In this document: positions 54,713 through 64,000 of the stretch, piece after piece
Layout: each line of letters opens with the position of its first letter
Position numbering within the stretch: position 1 is the stretch's first letter
Assembly: GCA_016432365.1 (NCBI GenBank)
Contig: CP066686.1
Span: 554,319-618,318, forward strand
Source: Candidatus Woesebacteria bacterium
GTDB lineage: Bacteria > Patescibacteriota > Microgenomatia > UBA8517
Length of the DNA stretch: 64,000 nt
Direction of reading: 5' to 3'
Notes under the pieces: model-generated
Seen by the model: only the letters and a program-made list of their open reading frames with translations
What the model was told of the DNA's origin: nothing
Databases searched by the model: none
Made by a program: the position numbers and the translations under genes

Positions 54713-55396
54713 ATGAAAAACAAAATATTATTTTTCCTTGTTTGGCTGGGAGCGCTAAGTTTGGTGCCCATTTCAATACTTTCCAATACCCCTCTTTCCC
54801 GTGCGTTAACAAACTATTCTACGATTTCAAATTTTGTTCAAAGATTTCTGGGGCTTACAGCGTTTACTCTGCTATTTTTCCAGATAGTTCTTGGTGCATT
54901 TATGGAAAAGTGGACCAATAAATTTGGAGGTTGGATATTTAGGTTTCATATCATTGAAGGAGTTTTGATATATATCCTTATTATTCTCCATCCACTCAGT
55001 TTTATGTTCTTTAATTACTTTACGCGGCATGGCCTGGACCCGTTTTTTGTATTTACATACTTCTGTGTTCTATGTCCAACCAGAATAGATTTTTACCAGA
55101 CATTGGGTAGGGTTTCTTTTTGGCTGATAAATATTACCGTTTGGGCGGGGTTACTCCGTGCAACCACTCCTTATATGAGGGTTAATTGGAGGAAATTTCA
55201 CATCCTAAATTATTTGGTATTTGTATTAATTGGGGCACATTCGATCGGTATAGGAACCGATATCGGGACTCCACCTTTTTCATTTTTTCATGGTCCGGCC
55301 CTTGCGGTAGTGGGTTTTATTATCATTTCTAAGATTTTTGTATTTGCAAAGACGTGGTTTGCCAGAGAAACTTCAAAAAAAACATTTAATCCCTGA
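54713..55396 (+). CDS. Ferric reductase-like (MsrQ-like) heme-binding membrane protein
   Basis: Multiple TM helices; FH...G, LHP and WRKFH.LNY..F.....H His pattern. Confidence 0.72.
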   Translation: MKNKILFFLVWLGALSLVPISILSNTPLSRALTNYSTISNFVQRFLGLTAFTLLFFQIVLGAFMEKWTNKFGGWIFRFHIIEGVLIYILIILHPLSFMFFNYFTRHGLDPFFVFTYFCVLCPTRIDFYQTLGRVSFWLINITVWAGLLRATTPYMRVNWRKFHILNYLVFVLIGAHSIGIGTDIGTPPFSFFHGPALAVVGFIIISKIFVFAKTWFARETSKKTFNP

Positions 55397-55447
55397 ATCT
55401 TTACAGCTTTCCTTTTAAGACGAGCGAGGTATATAATTCGGCGAAAT

Positions 55448-55735
55448 ATGAAAAGGGAGCTTGAACAAATAATTGTGACTGATGCGAACAATCTTTGGCG
55501 AGAAGTTGTCAATAAAACAGATTTGGATGTGGAAGCGGTTGTACCGGTTGAAATGGTTGATCCGGAAAGCAATACACGCTTAGGTTCGTTCCACGCATCT
55601 TTTGTAAAAGAAGATTCAAAAATATATCTGCAATTGGAAGATTTCGATACCCCAGAGTGGGCAGAAATGTTTTTTCAAATTTATGAAGGGGAGTGGGAAG
55701 TCTGTTTAGGAGGAATATATAGGATGGAGTTGTGA
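55448..55735 (+). CDS. Small acidic hypothetical protein
   Basis: 95-aa ORF with TATAAT 10 nt upstream. Confidence 0.6.
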   Translation: MKRELEQIIVTDANNLWREVVNKTDLDVEAVVPVEMVDPESNTRLGSFHASFVKEDSKIYLQLEDFDTPEWAEMFFQIYEGEWEVCLGGIYRMEL

Positions 55736-55759
55736 TGACTGTGCCTTGGACCTTCAATG

Positions 55760-57745
55760 TTATTTGTGAAACTTGTTGAAATATCTCCAGAAGTCGAACC
55801 CAGGTTTGGAGGAATGTGTATCTTTGGGTTCCCCTTTATCGGTTAAAATATCTTCTTCTGGATTCTCTGAACTAAATTCAATAAGTTTAATTTTTTGTTT
55901 TAAACCTTTAAATTTATATTCTTTGTATAAAGTTTTTCCATTGGGAAGGAATTGGGCTACAATAAAAGAAGTAGTATCCGAGGTTGGGATTATTTGTAGT
56001 CGATAATCGCCATCGTTGGGATTCATAATGGCTACCATTCCGTTATCACTTTGGATGGTGGTACCGTTTTTGTCAGTTACCCAAAAATTTCCCGGGTATC
56101 CAACAAGGACTAAAGCAGAAGCCGGATCCAAATATGGTGGGTCTGCAATTCCCGGGGAACCAAAAAATTCTAAAATTTTGCTTACTCCTTCTGTTGACGC
56201 GATAATTCCCGAGTGAGATTGATTTATGACCTCGTTAGAAGTTGCGCCCGGAATTTGTGCACTATCAACTAAAACCATACCGTCGCCTTCATTAACATTT
56301 TCTTTTCTGATAGGTTTTCCGTCCGGCCATGAAGAATTTTTGATAACATCAATTATCTTTAAAGTGGATTTCCCAGTTCCAGCAAGTGTTCCCACCTTCA
56401 CTCCCCAAAATGGACTAACAAAGTTTGTTGGTAAATAATCATTTTTTGTTTTCATGGTATTAACATCTTTTAATTCACTTGTTTTGAAGTCCCTTAAGTA
56501 GTCATATATTGGAAGCATATTTTTAAACGATGCTGGAACACCACAGTGCTTGAATAGCAATGTCGCAGCAATCCTCTCAACCAGATCGTTTGCCCAAATT
56601 TCTCCACCAACGACCGCCGGGTAGGCGAGTGCCAGACCTTTATGAGGGCTCCCAACGGTTAGTAGTTTTGAGGCCTTACCGCCGTTTTGATTTTCCAGAT
56701 AACTTCTACCTATTAAACCTCCAAGACTGTGACCAACAATATCCACCTTTTCATTTACGTCGACATTTGAATTTATAAAGTTAGAAAAAAGCGCTGAGTT
56801 TTCCGGGACTTGTTTTCTCCAGTCATAGTTAAAAGTAGTTAGGTCCCAACCCGCGGAAGCTAATGAACTTAATAGTTGTGAATATACATTTTTTGCGTAT
56901 GGTGCCATTGTCCAACTTCCGGAATAACCCGAGTCTTTACAGTTTATTAACGCATCGACATTCCAACTGGCCCCTGTTCCCGGAATTAAAAAAACTTTTG
57001 TAACTGGTGTAGGAGTTGGAGATGGTGTAGGTGTTGGGGTAGGAGTGGGGGTGGGGGAGGGCGATGGACTAGGTGAAGGAGTTGGAGTTTCCGTCGGAAT
57101 TTCGGTTACAACAACATTGTCAAACCAGACTTCGGATAAAGAGGCCCCGGTTGTTATGGCAAGCCCAATTTTACCTGAAAGGATTGGATTATTATCATCT
57201 ATATAATCTATCGTTGGAGTAGGGTTGTTGGCAATAAAAACTCTTATTCGATTACCAACTAAAAGTATTCGAAAATGCGTGACGGTGTTATCAGGCAGGG
57301 AAATGGCGTAATTAACTGGTTCGAATCCCTCATTTAGGATCCACTTTTGGAGCCATATGCGATTTGGATACATGTGCAGCGAGTAGGTTATGGGCATATC
57401 TAGGCTTGGATTAGCCAACGATCTCTGAGGTGTGACTCTGAAAAAGACGTTTCTATCAATTCCGCTGATAGGCAACATATCAAATGAAAATTCGTAATCA
57501 GACCAGTTAAAATCACCACCTTCAACTTCTGAGATTGAAGATGAACTATTCAGATTTAAACCGTACCGCATACTACCTTGGATAAAGCTTCTTTGCCAGT
57601 TACCATGGATGACTGACCATTGGGAAGTGTTGTCTGTCTCAAAATTGTCTTGGAATAAAATATTCTGAGCCTTCGTCAATTTAGGAGCAGACAGGAATAA
57701 TATACCTAAAAATACTACAACAACAAAACGAAATATAAGTTTCAT
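55760..57745 (-). CDS. Secreted protein: beta-sandwich (DUF1080/LamG-like) domain, Pro/Thr/Ser linker and lipase-type alpha/beta hydrolase
   Basis: Signal peptide; LFQDNFE...W...G.W and G.IGL...VWFDNV.V; (TP/SP)n linker; IPG, F.YDWR, VGHSLGGL, GSPH.G, GDG.V and HS motifs. Confidence 0.8.
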   Translation of the reverse strand: MKLIFRFVVVVFLGILFLSAPKLTKAQNILFQDNFETDNTSQWSVIHGNWQRSFIQGSMRYGLNLNSSSSISEVEGGDFNWSDYEFSFDMLPISGIDRNVFFRVTPQRSLANPSLDMPITYSLHMYPNRIWLQKWILNEGFEPVNYAISLPDNTVTHFRILLVGNRIRVFIANNPTPTIDYIDDNNPILSGKIGLAITTGASLSEVWFDNVVVTEIPTETPTPSPSPSPSPTPTPTPTPTPSPTPTPVTKVFLIPGTGASWNVDALINCKDSGYSGSWTMAPYAKNVYSQLLSSLASAGWDLTTFNYDWRKQVPENSALFSNFINSNVDVNEKVDIVGHSLGGLIGRSYLENQNGGKASKLLTVGSPHKGLALAYPAVVGGEIWANDLVERIAATLLFKHCGVPASFKNMLPIYDYLRDFKTSELKDVNTMKTKNDYLPTNFVSPFWGVKVGTLAGTGKSTLKIIDVIKNSSWPDGKPIRKENVNEGDGMVLVDSAQIPGATSNEVINQSHSGIIASTEGVSKILEFFGSPGIADPPYLDPASALVLVGYPGNFWVTDKNGTTIQSDNGMVAIMNPNDGDYRLQIIPTSDTTSFIVAQFLPNGKTLYKEYKFKGLKQKIKLIEFSSENPEEDILTDKGEPKDTHSSKPGFDFWRYFNKFHK

Positions 57746-57816
57746 TTATTCGATACTGAATATACTACAGAACAATTTCAGTTGTTTGTCAAGTGATATG
57801 TTGCTAAAATTCGAGC

Positions 57817-58545
57817 ATGAAGATTTATGAGGGTTACCACAAAGACCGTAAACCGCAAACACGAATCATTACAAGAAATGATTTCACCTATCATACGATC
57901 CTGTCTTATTTGTCAAAATATGTTAATAAAAAGAAAGAAGTATTGGATATTGGATGTGGGGTAGGAGCAGTTGATTTATATTTGGGTAACCTAGGAGTTA
58001 GTGTGTTGGGAATAGATATATCTAAAAATGGCATTGCAATCGCTAAGGAAAATGCCAAACATTTAGGGGTTGCTCATTTTGTGAAATTTACAATAATGGA
58101 TTTTCCAAGAAGATTGCCAAAAAAACAGTTCGATTTGGTAATTTGTTCTGAGGTTTTAGAGCATATAGTTAACGATAAAAGTGCTGTAGAAAAGATTTTC
58201 AAACTATTAAAGACCGGCGGAGTGGTAATTGCTTCTTCCCCCTCAGAAAATGCGCCGCTTTATCGAATGGGTGTATTAAGAAAATTTGAACAGAAGGTTG
58301 GGCATCTACGTCGGTATTCAGTAAAGAATTTTAGTCGTATGTTTACGGCTTCAGGATTTGAAATCTTAGAAACTAAAAAAACAGAAGGGTTACTAAGGAA
58401 TTTTCTATTTACAAATTTTTTTGGTGGTTTTCTATTGCGGATATTGAATAAATGGCCATTTTCAGAAATAGTGACATTTTTAGACGATATCACAGTCCCG
58501 ATTTTTGGAGAGTCTAATATTTATATAGTTGCTAAGAAAAAATGA
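57817..58545 (+). CDS. Class I SAM-dependent methyltransferase
   Basis: VLDIGCG.G, GIDIS, FDLVICSEVLEH, LK.GG and GHLRRY motifs. Confidence 0.9.
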   Translation: MKIYEGYHKDRKPQTRIITRNDFTYHTILSYLSKYVNKKKEVLDIGCGVGAVDLYLGNLGVSVLGIDISKNGIAIAKENAKHLGVAHFVKFTIMDFPRRLPKKQFDLVICSEVLEHIVNDKSAVEKIFKLLKTGGVVIASSPSENAPLYRMGVLRKFEQKVGHLRRYSVKNFSRMFTASGFEILETKKTEGLLRNFLFTNFFGGFLLRILNKWPFSEIVTFLDDITVPIFGESNIYIVAKKK

Positions 58546-59459
58546 ACATCCTATTTCTTACCAGGCTTTATCATCCACACATTGGCGGGGTGGAAAAACA
58601 CGTTTTCGAAGTAGCTAAGAGTTTAGAGCGAAAAGGGAAAAGTGTAACTATACTAACGGAAAAATTTGACTCAAAACTGAAAGATCAGGAAACGACTAAG
58701 GGAATAAAAGTTGTAAGATTTTCTTATCCTCACATAAAATTCTTTGGGCTTATATTTATTTGGTTGGAAATATTTAAAAATAGAAAACTGATTCAAGATG
58801 CAGACGTAGTTCATATCCACGATGTTTTTATTTGGTATTTGCCGTTTAGGTTTTTATTTCCGAGAAAGCCCGTATTTACGACGATTCACGGGCTGGAGTG
58901 GGACAATCCATTATCAAGGTCCGGTGTTTGGCAAAAAAGGCTCGCCGTTAGGCTTTCAACGGGGACGGTCGGGGTTGGTAAATTTTTAGAAAAATACTTG
59001 AAAATTAAATTTAATAAAATAATTTATGGTGCCACAATATTAATACATAACAATATAGTTAAAGATAAAAATGAAATTGTATATGTAGGAAGGTTGGAAA
59101 AAAATACAGGTTTGCTAAAGTTCCTGGAATGGTTAGATAGAAATTCGAAATATGAAGTTGATTTTTGTGGGGATGGTCGGCTTAGAAAAGAGTGCGAACA
59201 ATATGGAAAAGTACACGGGTTCACTGACCCGATCCCTTTTTTTAAAAAAGCAAAATATTGTGTCCCCGGAGGATATTTGGCGGCATTTGAAGCAAAGGCA
59301 TATGGTTGTGAGTTAAAGCTATTCGGAAATAGTAAAATAAAGGAAGACTATTGGAAGATGTCTCCTTTTACTGGTCCTGAAGTTAAAAAGTGGGTAAAGT
59401 CTCAAACTTGGGACAACTTGGCAAATGAATATCTCGATCTGTATTACAACACTAAATGA
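58542..59459 (+). CDS. GT4 family glycosyltransferase (short)
   Basis: P.IGGVE.HV, VHIHD, TIHG and YVGRL motifs. Confidence 0.8.
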   Translation: MNILFLTRLYHPHIGGVEKHVFEVAKSLERKGKSVTILTEKFDSKLKDQETTKGIKVVRFSYPHIKFFGLIFIWLEIFKNRKLIQDADVVHIHDVFIWYLPFRFLFPRKPVFTTIHGLEWDNPLSRSGVWQKRLAVRLSTGTVGVGKFLEKYLKIKFNKIIYGATILIHNNIVKDKNEIVYVGRLEKNTGLLKFLEWLDRNSKYEVDFCGDGRLRKECEQYGKVHGFTDPIPFFKKAKYCVPGGYLAAFEAKAYGCELKLFGNSKIKEDYWKMSPFTGPEVKKWVKSQTWDNLANEYLDLYYNTK

Positions 59460-60369
59460 AGAAGATTCGGTAGAGCGGCTTCTAGACTCTCTTTTGATGC
59501 AATCAAAAAAACCTGATCAGATTATTATTGTTGATGGTGGTTCCCAGGATAAAACAGTCGAAATAATCAGGCATTATCAAAAAAAAGACGGTCGTATTAA
59601 ACTTCTTGTCGAAAAATGTTCAAGGGCCAGAGGCCGTAATTTGGGTGTTGAAATTGCCATAGGTGAGATTGTTCTAATGACCGATGCCGGTTGTGTAGCT
59701 TCACCCGATTGGGTTAAGAATATTGTTTCTCCCTTTGAGAATGCAGGAGTGGACGTTGTGGCTGGATTCTACAAAATGGTGTCAAACAACTTTTTTCAAA
59801 AGGCAGAGTCGGTGTTTTTGGGTACTAGGCCAAACGACTTCGATGTTAATTTTTTACCTTCGACACGCTCAATCGCCTTTACTAAACAAATTTGGGAAAA
59901 AGTCGGAGGTTTTCCTGAAAGCGTAAAGGGAGCAGCGGAGGATACTATTTTCAATTACAAATTGTTGAAAGCAGGAGCTAGGATTTCACGCATGAAAAAT
60001 GCAGTTGTAGGGTGGGGGATGCCAGGGTCGATCAAGGACTTCAGATCAAAGATCTATGAATATGCAAAGGGCGATGCAAAATCAAAAATTTGGATATTTC
60101 CCGGAAAAGGATTTACGTCGCACAATATTAAAGTGCTTTTTGTTGCCTTCCGCTACCTAGCTGGCTTTTCATTATTAGTATTTACTTTCAAATTTCATTT
60201 CCTACTTCCCTATTTGTTTATATGCGTTTTTGCTTATTTGATTTTTGCTTTTCGGAAAATCTATTTAGAATTTCGCGATTGGAGAGTTGCCGTTTGGGGA
60301 CCATTTCTTCAAATTGTTTCCGATCTTGGTGTCACGGGAGGGTTTGTATCAGGTATACTTAACAGGTAA
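59425..60369 (+). CDS. GT2 family glycosyltransferase
   Basis: ISICIT.LNEE, IIVDGGS.D.T, GRN.G, TDAG, GGF and AED motifs. Confidence 0.9.
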   Translation: MNISICITTLNEEDSVERLLDSLLMQSKKPDQIIIVDGGSQDKTVEIIRHYQKKDGRIKLLVEKCSRARGRNLGVEIAIGEIVLMTDAGCVASPDWVKNIVSPFENAGVDVVAGFYKMVSNNFFQKAESVFLGTRPNDFDVNFLPSTRSIAFTKQIWEKVGGFPESVKGAAEDTIFNYKLLKAGARISRMKNAVVGWGMPGSIKDFRSKIYEYAKGDAKSKIWIFPGKGFTSHNIKVLFVAFRYLAGFSLLVFTFKFHFLLPYLFICVFAYLIFAFRKIYLEFRDWRVAVWGPFLQIVSDLGVTGGFVSGILNR

Positions 60370-61589
60370 TGGGTTATTTTAAGGATACATTAAAAGGTCT
60401 AAGCTGGATGACGGCTTTTAGGGTCCTGTACCGTATTATTGGTGTTGTACGGATTGCAATCATTGCACACATCCTCACCCCTTTTAGTTTAGGAGTGTTT
60501 GGAATTGTTACCATAGTTCTAGGATTTTTGGAGATAATTACGGAAACGGGAATTAACATTTTTCTTATTCAGGAAAAGGAGGATATTGATAACTACATAG
60601 ATACGGCGTGGGTTGTTTCCATAATCCGCGGTTTTTTAATCTCCGTACTAATTTTTGTTGCAGCAGCCCCCATTTCAGGTTTTTTCAATTCGCCGGGATC
60701 GAAGACCCTTTTATATATCGCTTCTTTAGTACCGTTAATTCGCGGTTTGATTAACCCATCAATCGTTAAATTTCAAAAGGAGTTACTATTCAATAAAGAA
60801 TTTTTATACAGAGTTTCGGTCTTTTCAGTTGAATGTCTCGTCTCGGTATTGGGTGTGATTATTTTAAAATCTGCATTAGGGATGGTTTGGGGACTGGTGG
60901 CGAGTGCCGCATATGAGGTTGTTTTTACATTTGCTGTCGCCAAACCTTGGCCGAAGTTTAATTTTGACGCAGTTAAAACCAGGCGAGTGATCGAAAGGGG
61001 GAAATGGGTAACACTTTTCGGGATTTTTGATTATTTTTATACTCAAAGCGACAATGTCGTTGTTGGTAAGATTTTGGGTGTTGCCCCACTTGGTATTTAT
61101 CAAAATGCTTATAAAATTTCCACAGCTCCTCTAACTGAAGTTGGTGATATTTTCTACAGAGTAACATTCCCTATTTTTTCTAAGATTTCGGGTGACGCGG
61201 CAAGGCTTAAATCTGCTTTTATCAAAAACACTGTAACGAATTTTGTTTTAATGACTTCTGCCGGAATAATTGTTTTTATTTTTGCCGGCCCAATAGTCAG
61301 TATTCTTTTTGGAAAAGGGTGGGAGGGCGCTATCCCTGTGGTAAAACTTCTTTCTATACTTGGTGTTGTCCGCGGAGTGGCCAGTTCGACAAACTCGTTA
61401 TTAGTTGCAAAAGAAAAGCAAAAATATTCGGCAATAATTACGATTGTTAGTACGCTTGGTCTTTGGGTGACGATTATTCCACTTACGAAAGCTTACGGAA
61501 TAATAGGAGCCGGGATGTCTGCCATCGTAGGAACCCTAATCTCACTTCCATTTACAGTCTATTTTATATTTAAAACACTTAAGACCTGA
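60369..61589 (+). CDS. Wzx-type polysaccharide flippase (MOP family)
   Basis: About 12 TM helices; LTP..G.F, D...VGK.LG...LG.Y..AY and YGIIGA motifs. Confidence 0.88.
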   Translation: MGYFKDTLKGLSWMTAFRVLYRIIGVVRIAIIAHILTPFSLGVFGIVTIVLGFLEIITETGINIFLIQEKEDIDNYIDTAWVVSIIRGFLISVLIFVAAAPISGFFNSPGSKTLLYIASLVPLIRGLINPSIVKFQKELLFNKEFLYRVSVFSVECLVSVLGVIILKSALGMVWGLVASAAYEVVFTFAVAKPWPKFNFDAVKTRRVIERGKWVTLFGIFDYFYTQSDNVVVGKILGVAPLGIYQNAYKISTAPLTEVGDIFYRVTFPIFSKISGDAARLKSAFIKNTVTNFVLMTSAGIIVFIFAGPIVSILFGKGWEGAIPVVKLLSILGVVRGVASSTNSLLVAKEKQKYSAIITIVSTLGLWVTIIPLTKAYGIIGAGMSAIVGTLISLPFTVYFIFKTLKT

Positions 61590-62337
61590 AAGGAACAAAA
61601 TGTTTCTTAAAAGAAAGAAGATCTTCTTCAAGTGGAATTTTAATGTCTGAATCTACGAATGAATTCGGTGGCAGATTTGCTTTTCCTTTCTCGTTAACAA
61701 AGTTGCTCGGCTGAATCAATTTTCGATCAACGTCAAAAGTTTTAGCCACTTTTATTGCAAATTTGTACTTGGATATTTTTCTTTCGGTAAAAATATTAAG
61801 TATTCCTTTTTTATCTCTGTTTTTGTAAATTTCCTCAATCAACCGATTTATGGATACAGGGTTAAAGAAAGCGTTTTTGTAGGCATTTGTAACGTTACCC
61901 GAAACCAGAGATTTGATAATGTAATATTTATTGCTGTAAAAACTTGTTCTAATTACCAGATTTTTTGACTTATCGATAAGTTTTTCACTTATTAGTTTGG
62001 AATATCCATAAACATTAGTTGGATTAACTGCATAGTCTGAGGAAAGGTGTATTAATTTTTTGTTATATTTTCGGGAAAGTGTGTCCAAATTCCGAACGGA
62101 AATGGAGTTAACATTAAAACATTCTTCAGGGTTTTTCTCGGCGTATCCAATATCGGTAATTGCGGCGCAATTGATTATGTAGTGTGCATCGGATTTTTGG
62201 ATTACTTTTTCTAAAATCTTAATATCTGTTATATCGCACTTGCTTTTGTTCAAAGAAACGCACCTTTCCTTGTAAGTTTGAGTAAAATATTTGGCTAGTG
62301 TTGATTCTCCACCGAGAATCAGAAAATCTTTGGTCAT
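61579..62337 (-). CDS. RmlD-like NAD(P)-dependent sugar-nucleotide reductase
   Basis: CDIT, INCAAIT, HLSSDY, YGYSK and IRTS motifs; degenerate GxxGxxG; start moved to 62337. Confidence 0.8.
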   Translation of the reverse strand: MTKDFLILGGESTLAKYFTQTYKERCVSLNKSKCDITDIKILEKVIQKSDAHYIINCAAITDIGYAEKNPEECFNVNSISVRNLDTLSRKYNKKLIHLSSDYAVNPTNVYGYSKLISEKLIDKSKNLVIRTSFYSNKYYIIKSLVSGNVTNAYKNAFFNPVSINRLIEEIYKNRDKKGILNIFTERKISKYKFAIKVAKTFDVDRKLIQPSNFVNEKGKANLPPNSFVDSDIKIPLEEDLLSFKKHFVPFRS

Positions 62338-62384
62338 GGCAATTTGAGAGAATGTTAGCACAAAATTTGGTAAACTACACACGA

Positions 62385-63641
62385 ATGATTAAGAAAGAGG
62401 TAAAAATAGGAAAATTCAAAAAGAGAAAAACTTGCAGATTTTGCAAAAGCCGTAAGTTGATTAAATTTCTTGATTTTGGCCACATGCCCCACGCTGGCAA
62501 CTATCTTAAACCCAAGGAGGTGGGGAAAGAGTATTATTACCCCCTGAGAATTTTCTTTTGTAAGAACTGTGGCTTAATTCAAAACCTGGACATTATTTCT
62601 TCCGAGACATTATTTAAAAATTATCACTACTTGTCATCGGTAAGTTTAACTAAGCATTTTCAGGAATATGCCAAGGAAGTAAAAAAGAAATTTTTGAATA
62701 AAAATTCCTTTATCGTGGAAATTGGCAGTAATGACGGTGTTTTACTTTTGCCGCTTTCAAAAATGGGTTTTAAAGTTCTCGGGGTTGATCCGGCTGTCAA
62801 TGTTGGAAGAATTGCCAAGAAAAAAGATCTGGATATTATTGTTGATTATTTTGGAGTTAAAGTGGCTGACAATATTGTAAAGAAAAATGGAAAAGCTGAT
62901 TTAATTTTGGCAAATAATGTTTTGGCACATATCGATGATATGAACAATGTTTTTAAGGGTATAGGTAAACTTCTTAAGGACGACGGCGTGCTAATTTTTG
63001 AAGTCCACTATTTCCCCGACCTATTAAAGCGGCTTCAATACGACTTTTTCTACGGTGAACACCTGAGTTACTACAACGTGTCGACATTGATAACATTTTT
63101 AAATAAATACAATCTGGAAATATTCGATGTTAAAAAGATGCCTATACACTCCGGTTCAATACGTGTATACGCTAAATTTAAAGGTAACAACAGATTAAAG
63201 ACAAAAGCCGGTGTTTTGAAATTGGTGAAGTATGAAGATGATTTGGATCGTGTTGATGAAAAAATTTTGGAAAACTTTAATTTAAAAATTGATAAGCACA
63301 GATCAGATATAAAAAAATTATTAATGGATATCAAAAAGGGCGGCTCAAGGATCGTGGGCTATGGGGCCGGGGGGCGTGCAAACACTTTTTTGTGCTCTTG
63401 TGATGTCAATAACGACCTTTTGGATTATATAGTTGACGAATCACCAGAAAGACAGGGGAAGTTTACTCCTGGAACACACATTCCGATTGTTTCGCCGGAA
63501 ATATTTAGAAAAGATAAAGTAAAATATGTACTACTTCTTGCATGGAATTATAAAAAAGAAATAATTAAAAAAGAGCAAGCTTTTGCAAAAAATGGAGGTA
63601 AATTTATTGTCTCGTTTCCTAAAATACATCTAGTCCATTAA
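62385..63641 (+). CDS. NDP-hexose C-methyltransferase (Zn-binding, SAM-dependent)
   Basis: CRFC, DFG..P, C..C.L.Q, EIGSNDG, NVLAH, EH.SY, HSGS.R, GYGA, PG..IPI and LAWNY motifs; start moved to 62385. Confidence 0.88.
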   Translation: MIKKEVKIGKFKKRKTCRFCKSRKLIKFLDFGHMPHAGNYLKPKEVGKEYYYPLRIFFCKNCGLIQNLDIISSETLFKNYHYLSSVSLTKHFQEYAKEVKKKFLNKNSFIVEIGSNDGVLLLPLSKMGFKVLGVDPAVNVGRIAKKKDLDIIVDYFGVKVADNIVKKNGKADLILANNVLAHIDDMNNVFKGIGKLLKDDGVLIFEVHYFPDLLKRLQYDFFYGEHLSYYNVSTLITFLNKYNLEIFDVKKMPIHSGSIRVYAKFKGNNRLKTKAGVLKLVKYEDDLDRVDEKILENFNLKIDKHRSDIKKLLMDIKKGGSRIVGYGAGGRANTFLCSCDVNNDLLDYIVDESPERQGKFTPGTHIPIVSPEIFRKDKVKYVLLLAWNYKKEIIKKEQAFAKNGGKFIVSFPKIHLVH

Positions 63642-63644
63642 AAA

Positions 63645-64000
63645 ATGAAGAAAAACATTGAAGTTTCAGTAATTGTTGGGCACTACGGTAGAGGAAGTGA
63701 AGTTTACAAGTGCTTGGATAAACTCAAAATAATCAAATCGAAATTTAAATCTGTTGAATTCATTTTGGTGGACAACAACGATGCCAAACTTGAGAAAAAT
63801 ATATTTAAGAGAAAATATTCTTGGGTAAAATACATCCCCTCTCCAAAAAATTTAGGATGGGGGGCGGGACGAAATTTAGGAATCAAACACTCGACCGGAA
63901 AGTATATTTTTTCTATCGACTCGGATATACTTATCGATCTTCAATCCTTTAATAATATTTACGATATCTTGAAAAAAGATGGCAAAATTGGGATGGTGAT
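63645..64000 (+). CDS. GT2 family glycosyltransferase (3'-truncated by window edge)
   Basis: Read manually: MKKNIEVSVIV...ILVDNN...NLGWGAGRNLG...GKYIFSIDSD. Confidence 0.8.
   Translation, partial: MKKNIEVSVIVGHYGRGSEVYKCLDKLKIIKSKFKSVEFILVDNNDAKLEKNIFKRKYSWVKYIPSPKNLGWGAGRNLGIKHSTGKYIFSIDSDILIDLQSFNNIYDILKKDGKIGMV

Noticed and set aside
57004-57095. GC-rich repeat tract as a DNA element
   Set aside because: It encodes the Pro/Thr/Ser linker using varied codons, so it is a protein-level repeat
54637-57745. tRNA-Val as the attachment site of an integrated island
   Set aside because: No integrase and no duplicated tRNA 3' end seen in the window
772-63886. Numerous 60-160 aa ORFs antisense to or nested within long genes
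   Set aside because: They overlap well-supported CDSs, lack motifs and are expected shadow frames

Overview
AT-rich, densely packed bacterial chromosome segment. It is most consistent with a Patescibacteria (CPR, Microgenomates-like) genome; this is inferred from the alpha2-type GlyRS, short RecO, DUF4012/LCP/GT39 surface genes, compact Mur ligases and leaderless genes. Contents in order: (1) a surface-glycan locus (GT2/GT4, O-antigen ligase-like protein, GT39, manC, priming sugar transferase, DUF4012; 1-12.2 kb); (2) mixed housekeeping genes (recO, Zn/Mn ABC transporter, nucleases, msrB, LCP, tspO, glyQS); (3) an expanded dcw super-cluster, mraZ-rsmH-ftsL-ftsI-murA-glmR/yvcK-glmS-[GNAT]-murE::glmU(N)-[hydrolase]-murC::murB-murD-murI-ddl-murF-mraY-ftsW-murG-ftsQ-ftsA-ftsZ, followed by ileS, rodA, rplU, rpmA and parB; (4) lepB, a purine salvage pair, tRNA-Val(CAC) and a secreted hydrolase; (5) the start of a second glycan locus. 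The strongest finding is a complete but heavily remodelled glmS ribozyme upstream of glmS (27236-27565), with compensatory changes in its core and three structured insertions. It sits beside a MurE-GlmU(uridyltransferase-only) fusion and a divergent GNAT gene that may supply the missing acetyltransferase step. No CRISPR array, rRNA or transposase gene was seen. All calls are by-eye motif recognition; no database searches were run.
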